Shown here piece by piece: positions 62,479-64,000 of a stretch of DNA of 64,000 bases; position 1 is the stretch's first letter, and every line of letters starts with the position of its first letter. Origin of the DNA: Lytechinus pictus (taxonomy: Eukaryota). The notes under the pieces are model-generated. The model had not been told where the DNA came from. It worked only from the letters and a program-made list of their open reading frames with translations, and searched no databases. The stretch covers positions 31,250,001 to 31,314,000 of the forward strand of contig NC_087251.1 in the NCBI RefSeq assembly GCF_037042905.1, written 5' to 3'. The position numbers were made by a program, and so were the translations under genes.

Positions 62479-63024
62479 CTGACGGAGGGGGGGGGGAATA
62501 GTAAACATGAGAACAAGCAATGTAAACCACATTTTCATTTTCTCATAATTTTAGCACATGTTTTAATTTTTTTCTTTTACATCTCTATTATTTGATTTAT
62601 AAATACACATATATACATGATTTGAAAGTCCAAGGCCCAAATATGAACCTGTTTGAATACAATAATCATATTATAATCAAAAATGAAAGCAAAATAATTC
62701 AAAATAAACTAGCATAATAATAATAATAATATACAATTCTTGTATAGCGCATATCCAGGGAAAAAATACTTTTTTTTTACAGGAGCCATTTTTCTCACTG
62801 GTCACAAATTTATGGGAGCCATTTTTCAATTTCCAAGAGCCATTTTTTAATTTGCTAGAGCCATTTTTTAAATAACAAAAGGAAACATATCATTTGTAAT
62901 TATTATCATTTTAGACATGTTAAATTTGAAGTATTGTTTGTTGTATTTTAATGTGCCATGCGTAATATTTCTTTATTTCTTTTACCAACAAAAGTAATGA
63001 TTGCAATAATGCCATTTGATTTAA

Positions 63025-63608
63025 AGGAGAATGAAACCTTTGGAACAAGATAGCTTGTGTGAAAACAGAAAAATCAAAGAAACAGATCAACGAAAGTTTG
63101 AGAAAAATCGGACAAATAATGAGATAGTTATGAGCATTTGAATATTGCGATCACTAATGCTATAGAGATCCTCAAATTGGCACTGTGACAAATATGTGTG
63201 ATGTCACTTGTGAACAACTCTCCCCATTACTTTAGTATATATTCCCCTTAAATTGCCTCTTTTATCACATCTATCAGTAGATCATGTGTTCTTTCTAGAG
63301 GAGGGCATGTAATACAGATTTTTGAAGAATAAATCATGGATAAAGAGTTTGTATCACCATAAGAAAAAGCAAAAAGAGACATTTGGAGGGTATTTTATAG
63401 TCCATCAAAGGAAAAGTTGTTCACATGTGACATCACACATCCTTGTCGCATTGCCAATTAGAGGATCTCCATAGCATTAGTGATTGCAATATTCAAATGC
63501 TCATAACTTTCTCTAATTTGTCTGATTTTTCTCAAACTTTCTTTGTTCTTATTCTTTGATTTTTCTGTTTTGACACAAGCCTACTTGTTCCAAAGGTTTC
63601 ATTTCCCT
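63025..63608 (+). mobile_element. TTAA-flanked MITE with TIRs of about 200 bp (Kolobok-like)
   Basis: TTAA|AGGAGAATGAAACCTTTGGAACAAG ... CTTGTTCCAAAGGTTTCATTTCCCT|TTAA. Confidence 0.88.
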
Positions 63609-64000
63609 TTAATGTGCCATCTCTACTATTTTTTTTTACTAATAAAGGTAATGAATGATTTACTTAGATATATATTGCCATTTGTCTTTATTCAGTGCTA
63701 TTGTAGAAAAATCTGATTATCAAATTTTTAATGTGGCTGTGTGAGTGATCCTGAAACTTGAAAGAAGAGATAAAGAGAGGTTACTATACAACTGTAAAAT
63801 AATACATGAAAGGCTGGTATTCAATATGTTTTGTACAGTATCCAATAGAATAGAGTACACTTCTCATGGATTTTGATTAGTAAATAAGCATAATTTGGTA
63901 TGCAGTTTCCTTAGGAACAAATGCTTAATGCTCATAATAAATGAGGAACGAGGTATGCCTCATAGCTGAATGCTTTTTCACGTGACTAGAGCCTGAAAAG

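Overview
Eukaryotic, AT-rich, intron-containing animal DNA; the repeat landscape resembles a marine invertebrate such as an echinoderm (inference only). Two spliced genes lie on the minus strand. The first is coding exons 1-8 of a glycogen phosphorylase (32525 down to 155, continuing off the left edge), with exons 2-8 the same lengths as in vertebrate PYG genes. The second is the last seven coding exons of a probable THADA/Trm732-like HEAT-repeat gene (62478 down to the stop at 55496, starting off the right edge). An intact tRNA-Leu(TAG) and a tRNA-like relic lie between them. Introns and intergenic DNA are packed with non-autonomous DNA transposons, often nested (hAT-, Tc1/mariner-, PIF/Harbinger-, Kolobok- and Helentron-like), plus a tRNA-derived SINE and a 1.7-kb 23-bp minisatellite. 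The main leads are: (1) pervasive TACATGTA/TAGGCCTA/TACAGTA motifs that paralog comparison shows to be insertions at TA sites, probably excision footprints; (2) an unclassified AATT-targeting TIR element with a SAP-domain ORF, nested three levels deep; (3) FF-to-VC substitution in the phosphorylase 280s loop; (4) three-way co-variation in the Helentron-like termini; (5) a 409-bp near-perfect foldback whose empty site sits next to it. All coordinates and counts were read by eye; no database searches were run.
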